A DNA stretch of 58,616 bases, counting the filler, from Diploschistes diacapsis (lineage: Eukaryota): assembly GCA_023645945.1 (NCBI GenBank). It is 5 parts of 5 records of this genome, joined end to end, with 100 filler letters (N's around TTAATTAATTAA, not from the genome) between each part and the next. Parts side by side here need not be neighbours in the genome. Positions count along the whole stretch, not along the records: positions 35,310 to 46,913 come from JALAIB010000815.1; 4 more parts are not named here. The stretch is one strand, 5' to 3'. Each line of letters opens with the position of its first letter. Within the stretch, counting starts at the first letter, position 1. Position numbers and translations under genes: made by a program. Of the stretch, positions 35,837 through 47,013 are shown piece after piece. Below the pieces are notes generated by a model. That model did not search any database and was not told the DNA's origin. It worked only from the letters and a program-made list of their open reading frames with translations.

Positions 35837-36628
35837 TGAAGATGGTAAAAGGTGTAACGTTTGAAGAAGTTTATTTGATATTGTGAGGTGCTGGGAATTA
35901 CTTCAAGTTTAGTTTATTAGGGAGTGACTGACTACTGAGAGAAGGTCAGCATAGTACTGTTCTGGGTCCCGAGTCATCTAGGATAAGAAATCCCAGCGAT
36001 AGAGACGCCATAAAGGAGAAGATAGTAGGCTAATTGAGAGGGCCTACAGGGTCGCCCAAGTTTCTCGAAAACTGTTACAGAGTTGAACTCCTTGCAGTTA
36101 CTGGCTTTCCATGTTGTGACGGTTACAGGACACCTAAACTGCCTCGAATGTTGTTTGACAGCCAGGTGATAACAGTTCTTCTACCATCTTATGTCCACAC
36201 AAGAGCTCGAGGAATGCTCCAGATCAACTATCAAATACATCTGAAAGTCCTATAAAGAGCTGCAAATATCTTAGACTTCTTATGTAATTAATCTGAAGCA
36301 TTCTTAGAGATATAATAACGAGAATTGGCCTGACAGCATCTTACTGACTCTATTCTGACAAGCAAATGAATCAATTAAATGGCCTATTATGATATTTCGG
36401 AATCGCAGAGGAATTTAAGTAAATGTGAATTAACGCTCTCTGTTGTGCCCGCTGGCAACCGATGCAAGAATGCTGAGCTTGGCTTGGTCCCTCGTGCGGC
36501 AGGTCCATTCATCCTAATAGTGACGAACAAAACCCTTCATAACTCCTCCGCATGGCCACCCAGTGGAATTGTGTACAGGCAAGGCGAGTCATACGTTGCT
36601 AGGGAGATGTACCGAAAACATTCGATTT

Positions 36629-38648
36629 TCACATGCCTTCAAAGTCACCACCAGCATCGTCATCATCCATCTCCCCTTCGACAATCTCTTTGGCCAGCTC
36701 ACGCTCCCTTTCGCGAGCCTCCTGTGCGTTTTTCAGTTCCAGCCTGTGCTGATTCATTGGGAATCGCATTGCCTACTTCCGTTAGCTTATAACGTAAGCC
36801 AAAGACGCTTTATAGGTTACCTTCACGCTTTCGTCGTGCAAATCGAGACAAGCTCTTATCCGGTCATGGAAAGCCTCACCGGGCTCATGGGTTGCGTAAA
36901 TATCGCCAGTATCTTTGCTCTTCATAAACCCGTGTTCATGATCGAGAGTTGCCTCAATGACCCCGTCCCTAATCGCTTTAGCAACTATGTATTCTGCAGT
37001 TTCCTCGCCAGGCAAGGACAATCTTATGCAAATGTCTCGCAATGAAATCCGCGCATACGAGAGGGACATCATACGGATTCCCGTCTTGATGACGTTTTGG
37101 CGCAGACGAAGAATCAGCGTATATGTCCCGTCCCGACGGAAAGTGTCATTGTGGGCGCGCACAATCTTCTCGAAGCTTTCGAGGTCTCCCACCCGGACAG
37201 CTTGCACAAGCTCGAAGTAGGGCTGCAGAGCGCGCTCGAAGCCCGGTTGTCGGAAAGTTGCACGGTCTGGGATATCCCCCATCAAGAGCTCTACCACGGC
37301 TAACAATTTTGTTGACGCTTGGTAGAATCCGCCAGCACAGTACGACGAAGGTGACTTCCGAGTAGCACCCACCAGGTGATCATGAGCCTCGGAATACGAG
37401 AGTTGGATGGCGCGGATTCGGCCCAGATAATACAAATATCGTGCAATCTGGTTGTTCGATGCGGCTGGTGGGAACTGTGAGTGTGATATTAGAAGATCCG
37501 CTTGAGTAATGTGTGATGTCGAGATGTAATTCCTGAGCAACAGAGTAGTGACTGTGGCTTGGGTATCCTGGTCCTTTCGGAGGACTGCTGTTCGGAGTGC
37601 GGCCAGAAGAGCAGGTCGGATGCTCACAACAGGAGACATAGGAGAAGGAGGTAGAGGGGACCTTTGCTCGAAGAAAAGCGAATAGTAGAAGTAGACTTTT
37701 GCTGCTAGGGCGTCCAAAGTACGACGATTGAGGGTACGTAGTCGATCGACGAGCCCGCTTGAGAACTCTGCACCTCGAGAAAACTCCTTGTTATCGTAAA
37801 GTGCAACTTGAATTAGGATCGATAGATATATATCCACTTCTGGGATTACCTCTTTGAGCGCCGAGCTCTTGCTTGCACTCTTATCTTTGAGCTGCCCATC
37901 GATTTCCATTTCAGTCGTTGTGGCAGATCTGTCAAAGGACGCATCGGGCCTGCCTATAGTGTTGAGTAGGGCCAGCGCGACTGTGTTGTTCGAAGCGTAG
38001 CTATCAGTGATGACTTCTGCAAGAACATCTGGCGTGAGGTGCTTTCGATGGGAAGAAATCGAGCGAAGGACGCGGAGCGAGAAACGAGCGTCAAACTGCG
38101 TCACAGCTTGCTCCAAGAGTTTGAAGTTCGCTTTAATATCTATAGGCACTGTGAGTATAACCTGATAATCGAGAGCCGTCACAAGCCTCACCTGCTACCG
38201 TCTTGACCTTTGGATCAACAGTATCTACCATAGCTTCCTCTTTTATGTCAGCCCCGCCGTCGGCCATTTTGATATCGCCCTCTTTATCTTTCTCGGATTC
38301 ACCCGAAATGATCGAGCCTTTTGGGAGTGGCAGAACTACGGTCATTTCATCTTCGCCATCTTTATGCGGTCGAGCGTCATCCGGCCCATCTTCTGCCATA
38401 GCAAGGTCGTTGGTGCCGTTTGGAGGGTTCCCTACAGATCCCGTGCCATTAATTTTGGGCTTATCGCTAGTTGAGTCCTTGGAGCCTCTTTTCTGATGAG
38501 CTGTCTGTTTGGCCTTTGATGATGTTGTTCGACTTGGGGCTGGTTTGTCCTTTGAAGACGATTTCCCAGACTCTGATCGTGACTTCTCGCCGTTCGTAGA
38601 TGAAGCGGAATCTTTGCTAGATCTTAAGTTCCTGCGTTCGCTGGGCAT
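36629..38648 (-). CDS. rpn3: 26S proteasome lid subunit Rpn3, 3 exons
   Basis: NRRTLDALAAKVYFY, ARYLYYLGRIRAIQL, PCI domain LRLRQNVIKTGIRMMSLSYARISL, last exon AMRFPMNQHRLEL..GDFEGM*. Confidence 0.96.
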
Positions 38649-39009
38649 GGTAGTAGCGGAGAGCTCGGGCTCTTGTATATGTTTAGCTGCGCTAACACCA
38701 CCCTTCTCTTTTGGACCGAAGACGCAACGGATGCTGCTAAAGACAATGTCAAGAGTGAATAAATCCCGGAATGAGAATGACCTTTTCGGGGTTTTGGGTG
38801 GGTGCACGTTGTCGAGGTTATCAATACTCTCGGTAATGCAACGATTGTCTGACACTGAAGTTCCATTTCGTCCAAAGCGCCAAGAAAAAAGCCGCATGTC
38901 ATGGATCAGTCATCAACATTCGTAATTCTAGTCAATCTATTTGCAAAATACAACGCTCGAGAGATTTAATGATATCTAGTATCTAGATAGGTGGAGACAG
39001 TCAACGTGG

Positions 39010-39042
39010 ATTGGACCATAGTATTTATTAACTTATATATAT
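39010..39042 (+). promoter_or_regulatory. TATA-like element and inverted CCAAT upstream of the putative telomerase RNA
   Basis: ATTGG at 39010-39014 and TATATATAT at 39034-39042, about 230 nt before the template. Confidence 0.45.
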
Positions 39043-39059
39043 GTATGTTCCCGACATTG

Positions 39060-40790
39060 AGCGCGTGATATGGCGCGTGAAGCTCACGAGCGTACATTTT
39101 GGTGGTGTGACTTGCTGTTTAGATCGCAGGCTGGTTCATCTTTAACGATCGGTAACAATTGCTTACAACTGGACTTAGGCCAGCAACAATCAATCTTCTA
39201 CCCATTATTGGCCACAGTTCCCAATATGTGCTCATACTGCCTGATCAGTCTCATTTCCTTTTTCTCCAATCTAACCCTGTCCGCTCTGCCGAGCAGTCGC
39301 TATACTACCCGCAGTCTCCATCCTCCCCATGACAGTGACAACTGGTAGCCCGCCCTCACCTGGTACAGCTATTGCTGCGGAGATAACTTACGGCACTGGA
39401 GAGGTCCCTCAGCTTCGACCAATATTTGTGCTCCTCCGATCCTTGCGGCCACAGAGAAATCCGAGGCCTTCATGTCGACCTCGTTGAAACCAGAAGTCTC
39501 GGGAGGAGATGCAGATGTTGTTGCGTGTACGAGCACCAACGTAGGGATCGCCCACGCTTCCACCCGGCATTCGTTATCCCGAGTGAGAATAACGAGATCG
39601 GGGCAGGCCCCAGTGTCTTCTGCTTCCGCTGTAGAGCCTGTCGCTGGTGACATTGGGAAGCTTGGTGTCACGATGGCCTGCAGAAACTCAGAGGCTGTGA
39701 TAAAGAAGCTGAAGAGCTCTGCGCCAACGCGCCGAGTCCCACATACGGACGCTTCCGTCCGTATGGCCCGATAGGATGCCTCAAGTGTGCCCTCTCGAAC
39801 GATTGGAGCGATAGTGTGTCAAGTGCAGGGGATTACTGAGTCGAAGGAAGCACGATGCGGGAGAAGATTTGCCAGTAAAGTACTATGGAGAGATCAGAGT
39901 ACGGTACATAGGATCGTTGTGAATGCAACCGCAGCACGTCAAGGACCTACCCATCTTTAAAACTCCAAACTCGTATGCCCGCTTCTTATAATGACTTGTT
40001 GCACTTCCTTGGAAGCCATCGCATTAGTCAAGCGTACTTGATTCGACTTGCCATCTTCAAAATGGATGCGCCCGAGCTACTCTTCTACATTCGCAGACCG
40101 CTCTGTCCCTGGCTCACTGGGACAATCGGCAAGTCCATGAATAAGATCAAACTGCGAATCACACAGGCAGTCGCTATCAACGCACTGGAGGCGGCAAAAA
40201 AGGGATCGGGCGAGCTAGGCATTGCGCCGGCGAAAGGCCCGACACCCGACAAGTACGCTAAAGCCACCGTTCAAGGCCTACTGACGATGCTCCAGGAGAA
40301 AGATCACGAAGACCAACTGGTTAAGGGGTTTGCCGCAAACGCCAGGGAACTTGCAGCCATAGCCAAGAGGTTGGATCCCGATTGCAAAGAAAAGGAGCTC
40401 GAGGATTGGGTCATGAAGCAGTTCCAAGAACTTCATGAGGCTGACGTCGAGTACACGAAGAGCTTCTTAAAGAGAGTGAAGTAGACCGGCATGAGAAACG
40501 TTCTTTCAGGATGAACCGACGTGGTTTAAATTAACTGTATGCAAAGCAGGCAATTTCGATAATTATCTGTACACCCAAACTATGCCCACCCCCAAACTCG
40601 AGGGGTTGCTTCATGTCGATTTCAAGAGCGGTAGCTACGGATCGCTTCAAATATGGGCACGCTTTTACTGGTGGGAAGCTAGCTGTTACGGAAACAATAT
40701 AATTGTTCTTAAATTGGCTCGTGTGCAACAAGCGTGGTAGTGCAACGAATGTAGCCGTTTTCGCCTACCTAATCATAAATTGCGTTTCGT
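39060..40790 (+). ncRNA. TER: Telomerase RNA, Pezizomycotina type (ends approximate)
   Basis: Template CTAACCCT 39271-39278. Core-enclosing helix ACTGCCTG 39236-39243 / CAGGCAGT 40164-40171. Pseudoknot GACTTGCC 40045-52 / GGCAAGTC 40128-35 crossed by ATTCGCAG 40089-96 / CTGCGAAT 40152-59. P5/P6/P6.1-like junction 40716-40765. Confidence 0.8.
39975..40484 (+). CDS. Orphan ORF (169 aa; 140 aa from ATG 40062) embedded in the putative telomerase RNA
   Basis: Uninterrupted frame. ATG 40062 is in a CAAAATGG context. Charged, helical-looking C-terminal half. No recognised domain. Confidence 0.45.
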   Translation: MPASYNDLLHFLGSHRISQAYLIRLAIFKMDAPELLFYIRRPLCPWLTGTIGKSMNKIKLRITQAVAINALEAAKKGSGELGIAPAKGPTPDKYAKATVQGLLTMLQEKDHEDQLVKGFAANARELAAIAKRLDPDCKEKELEDWVMKQFQELHEADVEYTKSFLKRVK

Positions 40791-40801
40791 TAAAGATAGA
40801 T

Positions 40802-41691
40802 TTACTCTTGCTTTCTATTCTTTTGTCTCTCGAGCTCCAGCCAAACCTTCATCTCCCGGACCTTTAGCACATTCCAGTTGCACTCGTTCTGTGCGCCGTC
40901 CGCCGCGCCCTGATGCATCCTCCTCCTGTGCTCCAGCTTGTCCGGCACCCACCCCTCTCTCTCTTCCCGCTCCTTCTCCACCAGCTCCTTCGCCTCAACC
41001 CACCCCTGCTCAATAAATGCCTGCCCATGCTCCTCCGTCACAGCCGCAGCAGCAAGCCTAGCATATCTGCGCACCAAGTCCCAGCCTTCTGGGGGGCCAT
41101 ACCAAACGTCCGCATAAAATGGATCCTCTTCCTCCCCCCCTTCTTCATACACACCTGTAGAGCGTTTAGCCAATCAGACAATCAGCCAGCCAGTTCGCCT
41201 CCTCAGATCCACTCATCTCTCCAGGGCCTACTCACGATCCCTCTGCTTCAGCCTTTCCTCCTTCACCTCCCCCTCATACCAAGCCCGCAGCGCCCTCCCC
41301 TCAGGCGTGGCGTCGAAAGCACTCGGATCCGCTGCCGGCGCGCCCGGCGGGCCGCGGTACTTCCGCCACATCTCCAATGCAGGCCGCTTGACTATTTTCC
41401 CCCCTGGTGCTCGGGTCCACCACCCACCTACGCCGCTCCAATTGGTCGACGCTTAACCGGCCCATGCGGTGCAACAGCTCTGCGCCCTTTGGATCCCCCA
41501 TGCCAGGGGTCGACCTCATAGGGGTCGTCGCCTTGCTCGTTCTCTGCGTAGGGGTACGGTTCGAAGGCGGCGGGGTCGAGACTGGAGCTGTCATCCGGCG
41601 GGGCTGATGCCGGCTCTTGGTCCGCTCCCGGTCCCGGCGCTGATGCTGGATTGGCGAGGCTTTGGGGTTGCGGTTGTTGAGAGGCTGGCAT
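40802..41691 (-). CDS. Hypothetical protein, 2 exons, with two +1 homopolymer frameshifts
   Basis: Removing one base from each of the C5 (41495-99) and C6 (41399-404) runs gives a continuous MPASQQP..DPWHGDPKGAELL..STRGKIVKRPALEMW..KQRD, intron (GTGAGT..CAG), then RVYEEGG..NRKQE*. Confidence 0.65.
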
Positions 41692-42150
41692 ATCTTTGTT
41701 CGACAGCGACGACCCCAAGGAAGAGGAGAAGGAAAGGGAAAGGGAAGAGAAAGGAAAGAAAGAAGTTCTAGGGGAGATGGTGAGCGTGCGGCGCAGTGAT
41801 CTTTCGAGGCGCTGTGGCGGCAGGCTCCCCACAGGCTGGGTTAAGCGGCCCCTGTCGCAGGCAGCGCTGGAAGCTGCTGCCAAAGCGAAGCTGCGTGGCA
41901 GTGCCGAATAAGACGCAAAGCGCTGAGCGCTAAAGAAAGGGACAGATGTTCTCTTGATATACATATGGCTTTGCTTGCTTTGAGCATGGAGAAGGAGCCA
42001 CAAGCCGCGTTCTAAATGGAGACGCCTAGTGGCCAATTTTAGGATCTTGAACATGTAAGATTTTTGGAGTAAGCGGAGCGGGTCAGAAGGCTGCTTTTAT
42101 TAAGAAGCTGGATGTCAGACGGAGTGTACGACAGCGTTAAAGACAGGACC

Positions 42151-42586
42151 CAGACCCTATAGCTGATGTGCCAGGCTTCGCCGGCACCAGAACCTAAGCC
42201 CCATTCGGGTTAGCGTTCCCGCTAAGTCTTATTCAGGCTAACTCAATCGTTAGGTGCTCGAATAAAGGGTTCAAAAGATGGGTAGCAAAAGGTGTTTATA
42301 GCGTGTAAATAGCTTAAATTAGCGTAAAATGGTCTCCAGCACCTCCTACGCTGCTACCGCCCGCCACACCTATATATTTAAAAGTTTTAACTGTTTAAAT
42401 CGGCTGTTACGGACGCGCGAATAATGATTTTTTGGTAGACAAAGCTATACAAACCCGTAATTGATGAAATACGCCCTTCCGCCTTCAGACTAGAGCCTGA
42501 GAAGCATGTTATCAGACGCTGACCCGAGGGGGCTTAGCCTTCGCAACTAGCGAGGCAAGAACCCCGTCTGACTGCCTAGTAGTCTG
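42151..42586. repeat. Dispersed hairpin-rich repeat, longest copy (possible non-autonomous element)
   Basis: Left end matches 19935-19997 and right half matches 8571-8788. The motif CTAAGCCCCnTCGGGTYAGC occurs inverted near both ends. Confidence 0.7.
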
Positions 42587-42773
42587 TGGAACTGGGTGTA
42601 TCACCGTTAACTGTAGCTCGGCTCACTATTTACAACAATATCGAAGCAAAGGGTGACATTGCAGATCCAAAAAGCTGATACTACTCCGAGAGTATCAAAG
42701 TAAGGCTGTTAAGGTTCTATTTATTTTTTGCGTGCAACAGTGCGCTTTTCGCTGCTCACGCAGTAGCGCCAAG

Positions 42774-43590
42774 ATGAACATGATCGAGAATCACATGGAG
42801 CAGATTGCCCTGTCATCTGCCGCTATAGCTGAATTACCGTGGGTCTACCTATCTCTTACTTTGATAGATAGTATGCTGAGTTGAATGGTCTAGATTTCCA
42901 ACCCCTAAGATCTTTACAAACGCTCTTCTTAATTGCCCCGATATTACAAACCTTATTAGGGACACGGAAGCGCATGAGCGGGCTCTCTTCACCGTTTCCG
43001 AACCCGAAGCAGGATCTTTGCGGCCCTCGTCCCGAAAAAGCCTCTTCTATGATGTGTCCAATCCAAGAAATGCGAGTTATTCTGGACTCAGATCAACGAC
43101 AGCCGCTGGAAGAATCCTTGGAGGTGACCTCCTGGAACGCATTCGCAAAAGTGAGAAGAGCGAAGCCGGAGATCGTAAAGAAGTCGACATCGAAGCTTTA
43201 CTGAAAGGAGCGGAGAAGCTTTGTGGAATCTAGTAAGTCAATTTGTTGATGAAGATCCCTTTTAACATCCTTAGTCCGATACCAGGAGCCCGAGAGAAGA
43301 TTGACTCCCTTAGACATCGGCAAAATCAGCTTGCCACATCCATCAAGCGTTACGAATCTATTGTGGCCAATCAGGCTGCCGAGCTGGACAGAATGCATCA
43401 TCCTAGAGACGGACCATTAAGTGATGAAGAGGGTTATGCAGAGGCTGCTGATGAACCACCCAAAGCCTCGTTCTCTTTGCAAGATCTAAAGCGAGAGGAG
43501 CAAGAGGTTCGAGAGTTGGAGGAAAGGAAGAAGACTCTCGAGGATCGAGTCAGTAGTATGGAGAGAGATCTTGGAGGTCTCCTAAGATAA
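42774..43590 (+). CDS. spc34: DASH/Dam1 complex subunit Spc34, 3 exons
   Basis: HMEQIALSSAAIAELP/FPTPKIFTNALL..DITNLIRDTEAHERALF..LLKGAEKLCGIY/PIPGAREKI, C-terminal coiled coil ending MERDLGGLLR. Confidence 0.9.
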
Positions 43591-44186
43591 GCCCTATATC
43601 TTCACCTTCCCAGGCCACCGATTAAACGATAGTCCAAGAATTAGTTCCACAAGATTCGAATGCCTTCCCAATGTCCCCCACACCGACAAAGCATACCCAG
43701 ATCCATTCCACCATTGATTCCAGCTGTTCCGTTTAGGCAGGACAATCTTGTCAGCAAGCGTTCCACCGTGCTTGACTTTGTATGAGTAGTAGGTAAGCTA
43801 TGACAGTTGACAGTGCTCTGCATCGATCTCATGTAATGTAGGGTACAATTGTCCCATAAGGAGGACCCGCTGAAATCATTACTTGCATTTGATACCAAAC
43901 AGAAGCAATCCAAATATCCAAGGGGGGTGGTGTGTGGGTTATTCAGGGCGTATTGAGCATGCAGGATTTTCGTATTAACACCGTATGGTGTAAATGTGTC
44001 GCCGGCTTCGCTAGTTGTCCACGCTCTTCCTAAATATGAGATGGTGGCTCGACCTGCGTCGCGAAATGCCTGGCGACTCGATTTTTTATTGCGATTGAGA
44101 TGAATGCATCTTAAGTCCCCGACTAGCTTCAGGTATAATTGGAAATCAACACCACGCATCACTGTGGGCTGCGAAAGCTCAAGACC

Positions 44187-44845
44187 TCATCTTCTTCCGA
44201 CTCCTGGCGTCCATGTCTCTGGCTGCCAGTTCTCGCTTGGTCCACCTCTATCGACTTTATAAGGATTGGAATCCTTGATCACACTTTTTACACCCTGCTT
44301 GTGGTACGGCTCTGTATTGCCTACATATCCTCCTGGATCTCTTGGTACTGTGGCTGGGCTTGGCTGAGATGTGTTCCTTGGCGCATCCAGATATGATGCC
44401 TTTGAAGCCCACCTCTCATCAGCTAGCTGTGCCAAATATTTGAGCTGTAGCTGGCGCTGGACATCTGATTGTTGCTCTTCAATACTGGGCGGACTGATTC
44501 TTGTGTGCCGTAACCACTGATGCCATGCGGGTGAGACCTGGACCTCTGAGTAGTGTAGTTTCTTGGGGTGTTGAGCCATGCGCCGTGGGCGGACTGGATT
44601 TAAGGGATCCTTGAACTCCCAAAAGGTAGTACCTGCAAGGTCCATACCTTATCATGAAAGTTAGCAAAGGCGTAACGCGCAGACCTTATACATGATTGTG
44701 TAGAGCACAGAGAACAAAGAGTGCAGAAAGGTAGGAAAACTTAAGAGTTGAGCTTACCTACAAGCCTCCTTCGCCGCCATGGTAAATTGAGACTCTTCCA
44801 CTTCACCCACACTCTAGACAACGTTCCTAATGAAGACGAAGACAT
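44187..44845 (-). CDS. NDUFA12/NDUFAF2-like complex I assembly factor, 2 exons
   Basis: WKSLNLPWRRRRLVG/MDLAGTTFWEF..SPAWHQWLRHTR..PPSIEEQ..ENWQPETWTP. Confidence 0.88.
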
Positions 44846-45271
44846 GTGCAGAGCCCGTGCCTGATGCTCCTTGCGTCAAAACAGAGCTGCGATGAACCTA
44901 GAAAATCTGTTTAAAAAAACCCCGGACGAAACGTCATGTCCGTGCTTGGAAGGACGAACTTTCAACGGCGGGCCGAGAATCGTGCTCAATAATATTGTAT
45001 TCATATAACCACTGAAGCACCCTTCTCCCACGACTTCATATATTGTTGCTTCCAGGGAGAAACCGGGTTTCAATGTACATACTGTACTAGATTTTAGGCT
45101 CTCAAGAAATCACATACCTCATAATTGATTCCATCCAGCAATCGAAGTTCTGTCACTGTCCTCAGCTGTCGTGCCTGGACCCTCTAAATACGTAACACAC
45201 GAACTGAAAAGCTACCAGGATAAGTGTGCCCGTTGTGTTGTGTCTCTGCAAGGACGGTCTCAAAAGCCAAT

Positions 45272-46913
45272 ATGGCGTCTGTCTCTTCTTTAGACAAGGA
45301 TCTGCGATCAATGCGACTGGACAAATACACCCCACAACGAGCAAATGAAACTAGGAAATGGCTAGAAAATATCCTTGGGGAACCTCTGCCAGCAGGAGAT
45401 CTGCTCGAGGCTTTGAAAGATGGCTCAGCACTTTGCAAGTAGGTTTCCTTATATTTTGCAATATTCTAGCCTATTGATGCTCTCTCAGGCTGGTCAATAT
45501 TGCTTTAGGTCCAGGCTCCATTCGCTTTAAGCAATCATCGATGCCTTTTGTCCAGATGGAGAACATCTCCCACTTCTTGAATGCATGCCAACACTCTCCT
45601 CTCAATCTTCCGCCTCATGACGTTTTTCTTACGATCGATCTCTACGAGTCGAAAGATCCGGCGCAGGTGCTTCAGTGTATCGAAGCATTCAGCCGGCGAG
45701 CCAGTGTCGTGAATCCAGGCAAGGTTCCGACTGCCATTGGTAGACGCAGAATGGCTTCTAGTATGAGTCCACAGACTACCGGTACAAGTGTGAAGACAGC
45801 GCCCCAATTTTCCCCGCGCGGTAGGGGAAGCAGCAACGTTACCCTTCCCAGCTCAACACTACCAGGGATGTCTTCTCCACCAAAAGATAGGACAACTTCG
45901 CCTACAAGCAACAAGTTCGACGGATCTGCTGCGCCTGCCTGGAACTATGCGCAGTATGGTTGGATGGGTGGTGCATCGCAGGGCAATCAAGGTATCGCAT
46001 TTGGAGCACGGCGACAGATCACCAGTGCAGCCCCTCAAGTTCCTAGTCTCGCAGAGAAAGAAAGGAAACGACGAGAGGCCGAAGCCGAAGCTGAACGTCT
46101 CAGAGCTGAGGCAGAAGCAGCAGAGCGGCAACGTCAGGCCGAATTGGAAGCAGAAGACGAGCGGCGAAGGGTGGATAGAGCGCGTGAGTTGGATGAGAAA
46201 GCCCTGAGACTAAAGGAGGAGGAGAGGAGGAGAGTTGAAGAGGAAAGGCGAAAGTGGGAAGAGGAGGAGAGGAGGTGGAGAGAGGAGGAGGAAGCGCGTA
46301 TAAGGGAGGAGAAAGAGACTGAGGCCAGACTAGAGAATGACCGGCAAAGGAGAAGAGCAAATAGTGATGCTCGTCTTAAGGGCCAATTTCTCAGCCAATA
46401 TCAGGCCGAGCAAAAGCAGTCCAGTGGGGAGAGTGATCGAATTGAAGAACTTGAACGACAGCTAGCAGAGGCTAAGGAACGGGAGCGACAGTATGAATCA
46501 GAGAGGCAAGGGAGAGGGCAAGCCAACGGCCCAATACCAACCCAACAGACGTATCCTGAACCTGAGCCTTCCCAGCCTTCAACGGAACCGGCGCTTGACC
46601 CTGCTGTTGCTGGTGGGCAGTCATGGCAAGATGAAGAACGCGATTACCTCCGAATAGCCTGGGCTAACAATCAACCATCATTGAAATCGCCTCGTCCACT
46701 ACCTATTCCGAAACCAGACTACTCCACTCCTTCGCACGCTCCATCTTTACCGGCACGTCCGTTGCCGGAACCCACCTCAAGACCATTACCAGACCCGACT
46801 CCTAAAGCCGAGCCAGCTCCTCAATTACCGACCCGCCCACTCCCGGATCCAAGCGCCTATGTCCCCAAGCCCCTGAATCTCAACCGCACAGATCGCTACC
46901 TCGCCACCAACCC
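45272..46913 (+). CDS. Calponin-homology (transgelin/Scp1-like) protein with coiled coil and Pro-rich region, 3' truncated
   Basis: MASVSSLDKD..DLLEALKDGSALCK/LVN..MPFVQMENISHFL..DVFLTIDLYESKD, calponin-like repeat QYGWMGGASQGNQG. Confidence 0.9.
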
Positions 46914-47013
46914 NNNNNNNNNNNNNNNNNNNNNNNNNNNNNNNNNNNNNNNNNNNNTTAATTAATTAANNNNNNNNNNNNNNNNNNNNNNNNNNNNNNN
47001 NNNNNNNNNNNNN
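46914..47013. other. Artificial contig linker
   Basis: N44-TTAATTAATTAA-N44. Confidence 0.98.

Noticed and set aside
39472..39774. 100-aa ORF inside the putative TER arm
   Set aside because: Ser/Ala/Arg-rich without clear coding signal; better explained by structured RNA.
43641..44162. 173-aa minus-strand ORF between spc34 and the NDUFA12-like gene
   Set aside because: Lies in convergent 3' regions with no domain or codon signal.
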